A DNA stretch of 37,078 nucleotides from Planctomycetia bacterium. GTDB taxonomy: Bacteria; Planctomycetota; Planctomycetia; Pirellulales; UBA1268. Numbering within the stretch: position 1 is the first letter of the stretch; each line of letters opens with the position of its first letter. This document shows, in pieces, positions 27,216 through 35,560 of this stretch. The position numbers were made by a program, and so were the translations under genes. The notes beneath the pieces were generated by a model. It was not told the origin of the DNA, did no database searches, and saw only the letters and a program-made list of their open reading frames with translations. The DNA lies in NCBI GenBank assembly GCA_009926295.1, contig RFPF01000003.1, forward strand, positions 1 through 37,078, in the 5' to 3' direction.

Positions 27216-27999
27216 TCAACTCGCGGGTGATGGCACCCGTGAGCATCTCCTCGAGCGCCATGAGCGCGCGGGCCGCCGGCACGCCGTCGATGAGGCGATG
27301 GTCGGCGAGCAGCGTCACCCGCATCCTCCCGGCGTCGTCGAGTGGGTCGTAGGAGAGGCTGCTCGTGAGAAACGTCGGGTGGCCGCGGTTGGAGCAGCCC
27401 TCACCCGCAAGCGTGGAGAGGCTGAACGTCCCGATCCGCAGCGCCCGCTTCGCGGAGGCCGACCGGAGGTTCCAGCGGAGCACGATTCTCCGCAGTAGAC
27501 GCGGTACCATGCGCAGTTCCAATTGCCGTCGGAACACCTCCTCGACGGGTTCGACCATGTGGCGGCTTACGAGAGCCTGCAGATCGGGCAGGGCAAATGC
27601 GTCCGGCTCGCGGATTCTCGCCCACCAGATCGCGTCGGGGTCGAGATTCCGATCGGCCGCGGGCGTCTCTTCCCCCCGGGGGCGGCTCAGGGCCAGTGAC
27701 GCCACGCTCACCGGGCTCGTCGCCCACCGCGGACGGCCGACCAGCGGAAGCAGCGCCGGCACGATCCAACTCCGCAGTGCGGGCCGATCACGGGCCACCA
27801 GCGCGTAGGCCTTGAGAAAGATCGCGGCCCATCCGATACGCACGCCGCAGCGCCGCCGGGCCTCGTCGACCACGCCCAGACGCATCAGCCGCTCCACCGG
27901 GAACACGGGAATGCGCCGCGAGAGCCGCACGATGTCGGCCACGAGCAACCGCTGGGCATCGAGGCGGCGCGTCGTGATCGTGAGCGGTTCGCCGGTCAT
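27151..27999 (-). CDS. Stand-alone 2-oxoacid dehydrogenase E2-type acyltransferase catalytic domain protein
   Basis: IFLKAYALV, GTFSLSTL, LLADHRLIDGVPAARAL (DHRxxDG motif). No lipoyl or E3-binding domain. Confidence 0.78.
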   Translation of the reverse strand: MTGEPLTITTRRLDAQRLLVADIVRLSRRIPVFPVERLMRLGVVDEARRRCGVRIGWAAIFLKAYALVARDRPALRSWIVPALLPLVGRPRWATSPVSVASLALSRPRGEETPAADRNLDPDAIWWARIREPDAFALPDLQALVSRHMVEPVEEVFRRQLELRMVPRLLRRIVLRWNLRSASAKRALRIGTFSLSTLAGEGCSNRGHPTFLTSSLSYDPLDDAGRMRVTLLADHRLIDGVPAARALMALEEMLTGAITRELITLAANSAASPPVSRTPATGP

Positions 28000-28063
28000 G
28001 GACGAGGATCGTACCGCCGTGGGGAACCGGCACGAAAGAGAGGTTTTTCGCTAGACTGAGTCG

Positions 28064-28609
28064 ATGCGGCTCGAATCCACCAGCACGCTGCTCGCCGTCG
28101 TCGATATCCAGGAGAGGCTCCTGGCTGCGGTGCCGGCCGGCCCCCGGGTGGTGCGCGGAGCGATGCGTCTGGCGGCGGCGGCCCGCCTGCTCGACGTGCG
28201 GATCGCCGCCACGGAGCAGTATCCACGGGGTCTGGGGCCGACGCCGGCCGAACTCGCGGCGCTCCTGCCGGGCCCATCGGCGAAGACGGCATTCAGCAGC
28301 TGCGGCTGCGCGCCGTTCGCGACGCTCGTCGATGCTTCCACGCCGCCGATCCGGGCGGTCGTCCTGTGCGGCCTCGAGACCCACGTGTGCATCGCGCAGA
28401 CGGCACTCGACCTGCTCGCGCGCGGCATCTGGGCCTTCATCGCCGTCGACGGCGTTGCGTCACGCCGCGACATCGACCACGACGTGGCCCTGCGGAGGCT
28501 CGAGTCGGCGGGCGCGGTCCTCACGACCACCGAGGCGATCCTGTTCGAATGGCTGCGCGACTCGGCCCATCCGCATTTCAAGGCGGTTCAAAAACTCGTG
28601 CTCGATTGA
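28064..28609 (+). CDS. Isochorismatase family cysteine hydrolase
   Basis: VVDIQERL (Asp), TEQYPRGLGPT, KTAFS (Lys), GLETHVCIAQT (Cys). Confidence 0.93.
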   Translation: MRLESTSTLLAVVDIQERLLAAVPAGPRVVRGAMRLAAAARLLDVRIAATEQYPRGLGPTPAELAALLPGPSAKTAFSSCGCAPFATLVDASTPPIRAVVLCGLETHVCIAQTALDLLARGIWAFIAVDGVASRRDIDHDVALRRLESAGAVLTTTEAILFEWLRDSAHPHFKAVQKLVLD

Positions 28610-29448
28610 AGCGGAACCACGTCCACCGGCGGCGTCGTGAGATCGACGCCGTCTTCGGGGAGCGGCCGACCGATGAGTTTCCGCAGGGCGGCGAGTTTCA
28701 CGGCCGCCACGGGCTCACCATCTCGTTCGCGTCCCGGTGCGGAACCGAAGCGGATTTTCCGGCCCGCGGAATCGGTGAGCATCCACGTGCGCACCCCGTC
28801 CGCGACGACCGGCCGGCACTCCGCCAGGCCGAGCGCCGTCCAGTCGGAACCCACGACTGCCGCGATCGCGGCTCCCTCCTCGACCACGGCATCCCCCCAC
28901 CGGGCGCCCTCGGGGCCCTGGGGGCTGGAGTCGATGCCCGCCAGCCGCGGATAGCCGGCCGCCGACTCGGCAGAGAAGTCGGCGCTCGGCAACACCACCG
29001 ATTCGGCGTCGACGGCGAGGAGCCCGCCCTTCACGGCGACCATCGCCGCCGGTTCGCGGCACACCACCTCGACCACCGCTCCCGGCGGGTGCTGGAGCCG
29101 TACGCCGACCACACGCTTCACCCACGGGTGCGTGTCGAAGGCGCGGGCGAGCCTCGTGGCCAGCTCAGGGTCGGTGAGCGGCAGGCCGTGGTCGAGGCTG
29201 GCAGCCTTGAGCGCCTCGGCCTTCACGTCTGCGCACACCCAAGGCGCCACGCCGCGCACTTCGATGCGTGCCGGCTCGAGCAGATTGGCCTCGCGCCAGG
29301 TCACGTCGTCGCCGTACTGCCGCCACACCCAGCCGACACCGACGGCCGCCGCGAGCAGCACCGCGACGCCTCCGACACCCGCCCGCCGCCTCGTGAGAAA
29401 CGGCGCCGCGGCGGTCGGAACGGGGGGACGACGCGGGGATCCGTTCAT
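28588..29448 (-). CDS. ftsQ: FtsQ/DivIB-like protein (single TM plus POTRA)
   Basis: Short basic cytoplasmic tail, one TM, FDTHPWVKRVVGVRLQHP...VEVVCREPAAMV...LAVDAESVVLP (FtsQ-like pattern). Located directly after murB. Confidence 0.65.
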   Translation of the reverse strand: MNGSPRRPPVPTAAAPFLTRRRAGVGGVAVLLAAAVGVGWVWRQYGDDVTWREANLLEPARIEVRGVAPWVCADVKAEALKAASLDHGLPLTDPELATRLARAFDTHPWVKRVVGVRLQHPPGAVVEVVCREPAAMVAVKGGLLAVDAESVVLPSADFSAESAAGYPRLAGIDSSPQGPEGARWGDAVVEEGAAIAAVVGSDWTALGLAECRPVVADGVRTWMLTDSAGRKIRFGSAPGRERDGEPVAAVKLAALRKLIGRPLPEDGVDLTTPPVDVVPLQSSTSF

Positions 29449-29459
29449 CGCTGCCCCGC

Positions 29460-30368
29460 TCACCACATCTCGATCTGGGGCGTGAGTTCGACGCCGAGCC
29501 GCTCCCGCACCCGCGCCCGCACCGCCTCGACGAGACCGCGGACGTCGTCGCTCGAGCAGCCGGGGTGGGCCACCACGTAGTTCGCGTGGGCGGCGTACAC
29601 GCTGGCCTCGCCCACCCGCAGATCCCGGCCGCCGGCCTGATTGACCAGCGACTCGGCCGTCGTCCCATGGGGATCCTTGAACATCATGGCAACACTGCGG
29701 GCCCCGGACGGCTGCTCCGACCGCTGCACGATCCATTCCTTCTGCATCCGCTTCGTCAGTTGGGCGGGGCTCTCCTCGTCGAGTTCCAGTCGGCAGCCGA
29801 CCACGACCCCGTCGTCGAGGTTGCTCCACCGCGACCGGAACGCGAGGCGGGCGCCGCTGCGCACCTCGACGTCGCCCGTCGGCAGCATGATCCGCACCTC
29901 GCGCACCCGGCCTCCGAGGTCGCCGCCGTGGCCTTCGGCGTTGCCAACGACGGCACCGCCCACCGTGCCGGGCACGCCCACCAGTGTCTCGAGGCCCGAA
30001 AGCCCTGCCTGAACCGCCGCCGACACGAGGTGCACGAGCTTCGCACCGGCGCCGGCGCTGATCGCCGGCCGCTGGACGTCGATCGCACAGAACTGCGGCG
30101 CCGAGAGCCGAACCACCATGCCAGCGAAGCCCGATGCGGGCACGAGGATGTTCGATCCGCCGCCGATCACCCGCAACGGAATGCCCCGCTCCTGGCAGCG
30201 CTTGACCACGCGTCCCAGTGCCTCGACGTCGACCGGCTCGCAGAAGAAGGCGGCCGATCCACCGATCCCCAGCCACGTGTGCCGCGCGAGGGGCTCGTGA
30301 CACGAGACGGCGAGGCCGAGATCGTCGAAGGGTGTGTCGGGCACGGCGGTCTTGGGACCCTGCTTCAT
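29460..30368 (-). CDS. murB: MurB (type II) homolog with substituted catalytic residues
   Basis: EPLARHTWLGIGG, IGGGSNILV, GLETLVGVPGTVGGAV, HANYVV. Start set at ATG 30368. Confidence 0.88.
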   Translation of the reverse strand: MKQGPKTAVPDTPFDDLGLAVSCHEPLARHTWLGIGGSAAFFCEPVDVEALGRVVKRCQERGIPLRVIGGGSNILVPASGFAGMVVRLSAPQFCAIDVQRPAISAGAGAKLVHLVSAAVQAGLSGLETLVGVPGTVGGAVVGNAEGHGGDLGGRVREVRIMLPTGDVEVRSGARLAFRSRWSNLDDGVVVGCRLELDEESPAQLTKRMQKEWIVQRSEQPSGARSVAMMFKDPHGTTAESLVNQAGGRDLRVGEASVYAAHANYVVAHPGCSSDDVRGLVEAVRARVRERLGVELTPQIEMW

Positions 30369-30441
30369 CGCTGCGGACTCCGGCGCGGGACGACTTCGTA
30401 TTCTGCCGCGGCGGCCCCGGCCGCGCCTATGCGAAGCCGTC

Positions 30442-31917
30442 TCAGGCGGCCCGGTTCCGGCCCCACGTCGCGGGGTGCGCCAACTGCAGCCAGCCGTCCA
30501 CGAGCATCGACAGCGACGCTTCGGCCGGATCACCGGGGTCGCCGGGGATGCCGCCGCCGGCGGGTGCCCTGCCGAGCACGAGCACGCAGTCGCCCGGGCC
30601 GGCCCGGGACAGCAGCCGGTCGAGCCGGGCGTAAGCCGAGAGCGACTCCCCCCGGGCGTCCTCTTCGAGCACGGTCGCCGGAACCACCAGCGTCTCATCG
30701 CACCAGCGAGCGGCGCGGACCGCGAAGCGCGGCGACGGATCGACCGCGGCGACGAGCCTCTGCTCTGCGACGAGGATCAGCCGGCCGGGCGTGAGGCGGC
30801 GGAGGCTCGCCAGGGTGGCCGCCAGCGCGTGGCCACTCGTCGGCTGATCGACGAAGACGGCGGCCCGCTGCCCGCGGTCGATCCGCTCCAGCCGCCCCGG
30901 CACGCCGCCCGCGGCCTCGAGTCCGCGGGCGATGCGCTCGAGCGGGACGCGGTGCGTCAGCCCGACCGCCGCCGCCAGGACCGCGTCGCGGGCGAAGGCG
31001 GCGGTGGGCACCGCGAGCGAGACGGCCGCGGCATGGCTTCCCGCCGTGAGCAGGACGGTCTGACCGTGGAGCGACCGCTCCACCGGGACGGCACCGACCT
31101 CCGCCCCGGGCCGCAGTCCCGCGGCCACGCGCGGCCCGTGGTGCAATTCGGCGAGGCGGCGCGTCCGCCGGTCGTCGGGGTTGAACACGAGGCATCCGTC
31201 GGGCGCGAGGCTCTCGAGGATCCGCCGCTTGATGCCGTGATAGGCCGCCGTGGTTCCGTGCAGGTCGAGGTGGGCCGTCGCCAGGTTCGTGACGACGACC
31301 GTTTCCGCGACGACTCCCGCACAGCAATGCCTGGCGAGCATCTCGCTCGACACCTCCACGACCGCGTGCGAACAGCCCGAGGCCGCGAGGCGCCGCAGCC
31401 ATCCGGCCAGCACCTCCGGCCGGTCGAGGTCCGCGGCTTCCGGCAGCGTGCCGTCGGCATCGAGGCATCCGAGGTCGGAAAGAACCCCCACGCGGAGCCC
31501 CGCCTCCGCGAGCACGGCCGCCGTGAGCCACGTCGTCGTCGTCTTGCCGCTCGTTCCCGTGACGGCGACCAGTCGCAGACGACGGGACGGATCGCCGGCG
31601 CAGGCGTGGGCGAGGCGGGCGAACGCCCAGCCCGAATCTGGCACGATGCACAGCGGGACGCCACCCGTGGGAACCATCCTCTCGGCGACGACGGCCGCGG
31701 CACCGCGGGCCAGCGCCCGCGCGACGAGCTCGTGGCCGTCGCCGGACCGCGTCGTCTGAGCCACGAACACGTCGCCCCTCCGGCAGGCGGTTGCATCCGC
31801 CGTGAATCGCAGGGCGACGATGTCGTCGCAGCCCACGAACCGCGTTCGTTGAAGCACCGCGGCGAGGGAAATCCCCGGGACGTCCGCACTTTCGGGCAAC
31901 GGATCAGCGTCGAGCAT
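30442..31917 (-). CDS. murE: MurE-like Mur ligase with divergent C-terminal domain
   Basis: AGGAGG RBS before ATG 31917; DGHELVARALARGA, VAVTGTSGKTTT, VEVSS, TNLATAHLDLHG, VPGRLERI. Confidence 0.8.
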   Translation of the reverse strand: MLDADPLPESADVPGISLAAVLQRTRFVGCDDIVALRFTADATACRRGDVFVAQTTRSGDGHELVARALARGAAAVVAERMVPTGGVPLCIVPDSGWAFARLAHACAGDPSRRLRLVAVTGTSGKTTTTWLTAAVLAEAGLRVGVLSDLGCLDADGTLPEAADLDRPEVLAGWLRRLAASGCSHAVVEVSSEMLARHCCAGVVAETVVVTNLATAHLDLHGTTAAYHGIKRRILESLAPDGCLVFNPDDRRTRRLAELHHGPRVAAGLRPGAEVGAVPVERSLHGQTVLLTAGSHAAAVSLAVPTAAFARDAVLAAAVGLTHRVPLERIARGLEAAGGVPGRLERIDRGQRAAVFVDQPTSGHALAATLASLRRLTPGRLILVAEQRLVAAVDPSPRFAVRAARWCDETLVVPATVLEEDARGESLSAYARLDRLLSRAGPGDCVLVLGRAPAGGGIPGDPGDPAEASLSMLVDGWLQLAHPATWGRNRAA

Positions 31918-31980
31918 GTGGGCCTCCTGCCGCTTCACGAGCTCCGCCCGCGGCCTTCCCTGGCCCGAGCGCCGCACGGC

Positions 31981-32008
31981 ATTGTCAGCGGCCGTCGATG
32001 CCGGTCAA
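31981..32008 (-). promoter_or_regulatory. Putative sigma70 promoter of murE-murB-ftsQ (TTGACC-16-GACAAT) with upstream AT tracts
   Basis: Hexamers on the minus strand about 65 nt upstream of the murE ATG; A/T tracts at 32032-32059. Confidence 0.5.
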
Positions 32009-32104
32009 TCCGCGTTCGGGCCCGCGCGGGCGAATTTTTTAGTCAACCCCAAAAAAATCCGGCGCCCCGCCTGCCCATTCCCCGGAAAGCCTCGAACCGG
32101 GCCG

Positions 32105-32983
32105 TCAGCGGGGGGCGAGATTCTCCAGATGCGCCCGCAGGCCCGCGTTGTAGTTCACGACGCCTCCCTCGAGATGGGCGAGGCGGGCGGAGAGCGGGGC
32201 CGTCTGCGCGTCGCGACGCAGGTCGGTGAGGTAGTCCTGCAGGATTCGCTTCCGTTCCGGGGTCGTGTTCAGGAGCCAGTGCACCCAGCACCACGACTCG
32301 GCGTATTCGTCCTGCGAGAGATCACCCGCCGAGTGCAACGACTCGAGGCGTTCCAGGTCGATCCTGCACGTGCCCTCGACGAGCCGACCGGCGAGGTGGG
32401 CGAGGTGGGCATCGTGCCGCCCCTGTTCGCTGCGGGGCAACTCGAAGTATTCGGCGATTCCCTCGTCGAGCCAGAGCGGAACCGAGGGGACGACGGCATG
32501 AAGGTAGCCGTGCGTCGTCTCGTGGCGGAGATCCTCGGCGATCCGATCCTGCCACGGCGCGAAGACGGCGAGTCGGGTGTCGGTCTCGACGAAGAACGCC
32601 CTCCGAACCGGGAATCCGGGGAAATACCGGCTCGCGAACCGGTCGTAGCGATCCTGGCTCTCGAAAAGATAGAGGTGCACCGGCTCGTCGGAAATCGGCA
32701 GCCCGAGCCGCTGGCTCACCTCAGTCCGCAGCACGTCGAGCTCGCGCACGAGGCGATGCTGGCCGGCCAAGGGAAAATCGGCATGGATCACGAGTTGGCC
32801 CGCCACGACCTCGCTCCGTTGCGGGAGTTCGGAGGCGGACGACCAGCCGGCGTTCGCAGCGGCATGGACGAGCGTTGAATCGACGAGCGGCTGCGGAGCG
32901 AGCATCGCGAACCGGGCGCAGCCGGCCGCGAGCCCGGCACAGGCACAGGCAATGCATACGGTTCCAGCGGGTCGACGGGACAT
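32105..32983 (-). CDS. DUF1570-family putative zinc metallopeptidase, probable lipoprotein
   Basis: LAAGC lipobox-like signal; RRAFFVETD, LRHETTHGYLH (HExxH), PLWLDEGIAEYFE (third zinc ligand), YAESWCWVHWL. Confidence 0.8.
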   Translation of the reverse strand: MSRRPAGTVCIACACAGLAAGCARFAMLAPQPLVDSTLVHAAANAGWSSASELPQRSEVVAGQLVIHADFPLAGQHRLVRELDVLRTEVSQRLGLPISDEPVHLYLFESQDRYDRFASRYFPGFPVRRAFFVETDTRLAVFAPWQDRIAEDLRHETTHGYLHAVVPSVPLWLDEGIAEYFELPRSEQGRHDAHLAHLAGRLVEGTCRIDLERLESLHSAGDLSQDEYAESWCWVHWLLNTTPERKRILQDYLTDLRRDAQTAPLSARLAHLEGGVVNYNAGLRAHLENLAPR

Positions 32984-32994
32984 GGGCAAGGAGG

Positions 32995-33891
32995 CTAGCG
33001 GGACCGCACGGCCCCACCAAGGCCAGTCGGGACACGGTTTTCGCGACCCAGACGCTCCACCCGCCGCAGGGTTCCTTCGAGGCTGTCGAGGGCGACCGGC
33101 CGGGCGAGTACGGCCGCTGCGCCCGCTCGGATGGCCGCCTGCGTAGAATCGCCGCGCGGGAATGATTCCAGCAGCACGATGCCGAGGTTGGGACGGTTGG
33201 CGGCAAGCATCCGCAGCCAGGCGACGTCGTCGGCCTCGATGACGACCGCATCCCACACGAGCAGCGGGCTGGAGGCATCGAGTCTCGGCCGCCCGACCGT
33301 CGAATCCGCCACCCGCCGGCCGGCACCGGCGAGGAGGTCGGCGAGGCCCTCGAGGTCGGCACCCCGGCCGCCGGCGAGAGAGACCGCCCCTCCCCGCTCG
33401 CTCCGGGCCGAATCGACGACGGCCGCGACCGCGTCCACCAGCCGCTCCTCGCGGCGGGCCGTCGCCGGCGTACCCAGCGCGCCGGCGCGTCCCCGGGCGG
33501 AGTCCGCCAGCCAGCACTCGAGTTTCCCCGGAACGTCGTGCCACGAGACCTCTTCCATGCCCGCGAGTGATGGGCCGCTGCGCCGTCGCCCGTCGCCCAG
33601 GCTCGTGACCACTCCGACGAGCGTCGCGAGGGGCCAGCGTCGCGCCACATCCACCGCCGCAGCCTGCTGCCAATGCCCCGGCCGGTCGGCGGCGAACATC
33701 ACGATGGCGGGCGGGCGGGCTTCGTCCCCGTGCACCGCCTCGGCCACCGTGCGGAACGCCACGAGATCGACGCGGCCAGCCACAGCGGCGCGCACGAGGC
33801 CGAGTTCGGTGCCGCCCTCATCCCCGAGCCACACGCAGCGCGGCCTCCCGGCCTCGTGCGACGGAACGGACGCTGGAGACGGTAACGACAT
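32995..33891 (-). CDS. Hypothetical protein with degenerate receiver-like domain(s)
   Basis: C-terminal PLLVWD...IVLLESFPR...AIRAGAAAVLARPV resembles a CheY fold. Sits 8 nt after the phoH stop. Confidence 0.65.
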   Translation of the reverse strand: MSLPSPASVPSHEAGRPRCVWLGDEGGTELGLVRAAVAGRVDLVAFRTVAEAVHGDEARPPAIVMFAADRPGHWQQAAAVDVARRWPLATLVGVVTSLGDGRRRSGPSLAGMEEVSWHDVPGKLECWLADSARGRAGALGTPATARREERLVDAVAAVVDSARSERGGAVSLAGGRGADLEGLADLLAGAGRRVADSTVGRPRLDASSPLLVWDAVVIEADDVAWLRMLAANRPNLGIVLLESFPRGDSTQAAIRAGAAAVLARPVALDSLEGTLRRVERLGRENRVPTGLGGAVRSR

Positions 33892-33899
33892 GCCACCGA

Positions 33900-35228
33900 T
33901 TACAACAGTTCGCTCGCGAGGTCGGCAAGCGCCGAACGCTCGCCCTTCTCGAGGGTGACGTGGGCGTAGAGCGGCTGCCCCATCATCCGGTTGATCACGT
34001 AGGAGAGGCCATTGGAGAGCGCATCGAGATACGGCTGGTCGATCTGGCAGACGTCCCCCGTGAACACGATCTTCGTTCCCTCGCCCGCCCGCGTGATGAT
34101 CGTCTTGATCTCATGGGGGGTGAGGTTCTGCGCCTCGTCGACGATGAAGAAGATCCTCTGCAGGCTGCGGCCGCGGATGTAGGCCAGCGGCGTGATCTGG
34201 AGCTTCTCGGTCTCCCGCATCTCCGTGACCCGCTGGGCGGCCTGCGTGTTCTCGCCGCACTGATGACGGATCACGGTGAGGTTATCGTAGAGCGGCTGCA
34301 TGTAGGGATCGAGCTTCTCTCCCACGTCACCGGGCAGGAAGCCGAGATCGCGGTTCGACAGCGGCACCACCGGGCGGGCGAGGAGGATCTGCCGGTACTT
34401 CTGCCGGCACTCGAGCGCGGCGGCGAGCGCGAGCAGGGTCTTGCCGGTGCCCGCGGTGCCGGCGATCGTCACGAGCTTGATGTCGTCGTCCATGAGTGCC
34501 CGGAGCGCGAACGACTGCTCGGCGTTCCGCGGCGTGATTCCGTAGCAGGAGAGCTTCTCCACCCGCGTGAAGGCCCGCGATGCGGGCCGGTAGGTCGCCA
34601 GCGCCGACTTGCTGCCGTTGCGAAGGATGAAGTTCTCGTTCGCAACGGGCCGTGGGACGTGGGCGAACTCCCCGGCGGGAACCCCTCCCTCCGCGTAAAA
34701 GCGGTCGATCGTCTCCGAGTCGATCCCCTCCACCACCCGCTTGCCCGTGTACAGCTTGTCGAAGCTCTCGACCTTGTCGGAGGTGTAGTCCTGCGACCTG
34801 AGGCCGAGCGACTTCGCCTTCATTCGCAGGTTCGTGTCCTTCGACACGAGGACCACGGGACGGTCGGCGTGCTCGCGCTGCAGGCGGAGCGTGTGCCCGA
34901 GGATGCGGTGGTCGGGAGTGTCCTGGAGAAACGACTCGTGGAGCCGGTCGTCCGTGCAGCCGCCGAGCACCACGCGGATCGAGCCCAGGCCGTCTCCGAG
35001 CGGACTGCCGTCCGCCGAAAGCACGTCGCCGGTGAGCGAGTCGAGCCGCCGCAGGAACTCGCGGGCCTGGAAGTTGAGGTTCTCGTTGCCTCGCTTGAAC
35101 TGGTCGAGCTCCTCGAGCACCGTGATCGGAATCGCGACGTCGTTCTCCTCGAAATTTCGGATGCAGCCGGAATCGTGCAGGATCACGTTCGTGTCGAGCA
35201 CGAACAACTTCGGCCGGGCATCCCTCAT
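33900..35228 (-). CDS. phoH: PIN-PhoH (PhoH2-type) protein
   Basis: GGAGG RBS; [33 protein letters not shown]; PhoH ATPase [46 protein letters not shown]. Confidence 0.95.
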   Translation of the reverse strand: MRDARPKLFVLDTNVILHDSGCIRNFEENDVAIPITVLEELDQFKRGNENLNFQAREFLRRLDSLTGDVLSADGSPLGDGLGSIRVVLGGCTDDRLHESFLQDTPDHRILGHTLRLQREHADRPVVLVSKDTNLRMKAKSLGLRSQDYTSDKVESFDKLYTGKRVVEGIDSETIDRFYAEGGVPAGEFAHVPRPVANENFILRNGSKSALATYRPASRAFTRVEKLSCYGITPRNAEQSFALRALMDDDIKLVTIAGTAGTGKTLLALAAALECRQKYRQILLARPVVPLSNRDLGFLPGDVGEKLDPYMQPLYDNLTVIRHQCGENTQAAQRVTEMRETEKLQITPLAYIRGRSLQRIFFIVDEAQNLTPHEIKTIITRAGEGTKIVFTGDVCQIDQPYLDALSNGLSYVINRMMGQPLYAHVTLEKGERSALADLASELL

Positions 35229-35350
35229 GGCACCTCCAGGGGCTTTCGATCGGTGGCGGTCCGGGCCGGGATGGTAGCGGACCATGGCCCGCGCGGGGAT
35301 GGCGCTTTTCGGCCACGCAGCGCGATATGTGAGCGTTGCGTGAAGGCCCC

Positions 35351-35510
35351 GGCTCGGGGTTGCCCCGGACCGTCTCGCCGGACGTTCGCCTTCGCCCTCC
35401 GGGCTTCGGCTCGCTCGGATCTGCCCGCGCTGGCGGGAGCGCCTCCGCTTGGCCATCCATGGCTTCGCTGGTCGGATACGCCGGCTCGACGGCAGGGGCA
35501 ACCCCTCGCC
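35351..35510. repeat. ~160-bp palindromic, multibranch-structured element
   Basis: Terminal inverted repeat GGGGTTGCCCC (35356-35366) / GGGGCAACCCC (35495-35505) with imperfect extension; internal hairpins GCC-TTC-GCCC-TCC-GGGC-TTC-GGC, CCCGC-GCTG-GCGGG, GCCAT-CC-ATGGC. Confidence 0.55.
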
Positions 35511-35523
35511 TCCCCACGCCCGC

Positions 35524-35545
35524 GTAGGACAGGCTTCAGCCTGTC
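35524..35545 (+). repeat. GTAG-type REP palindrome
   Basis: GTAG followed by GACAGGCT-TC-AGCCTGTC (8-bp perfect stem), just downstream of the GNAT stop. Confidence 0.65.
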
Positions 35546-35560
35546 ATGCCCTACGCCGTC

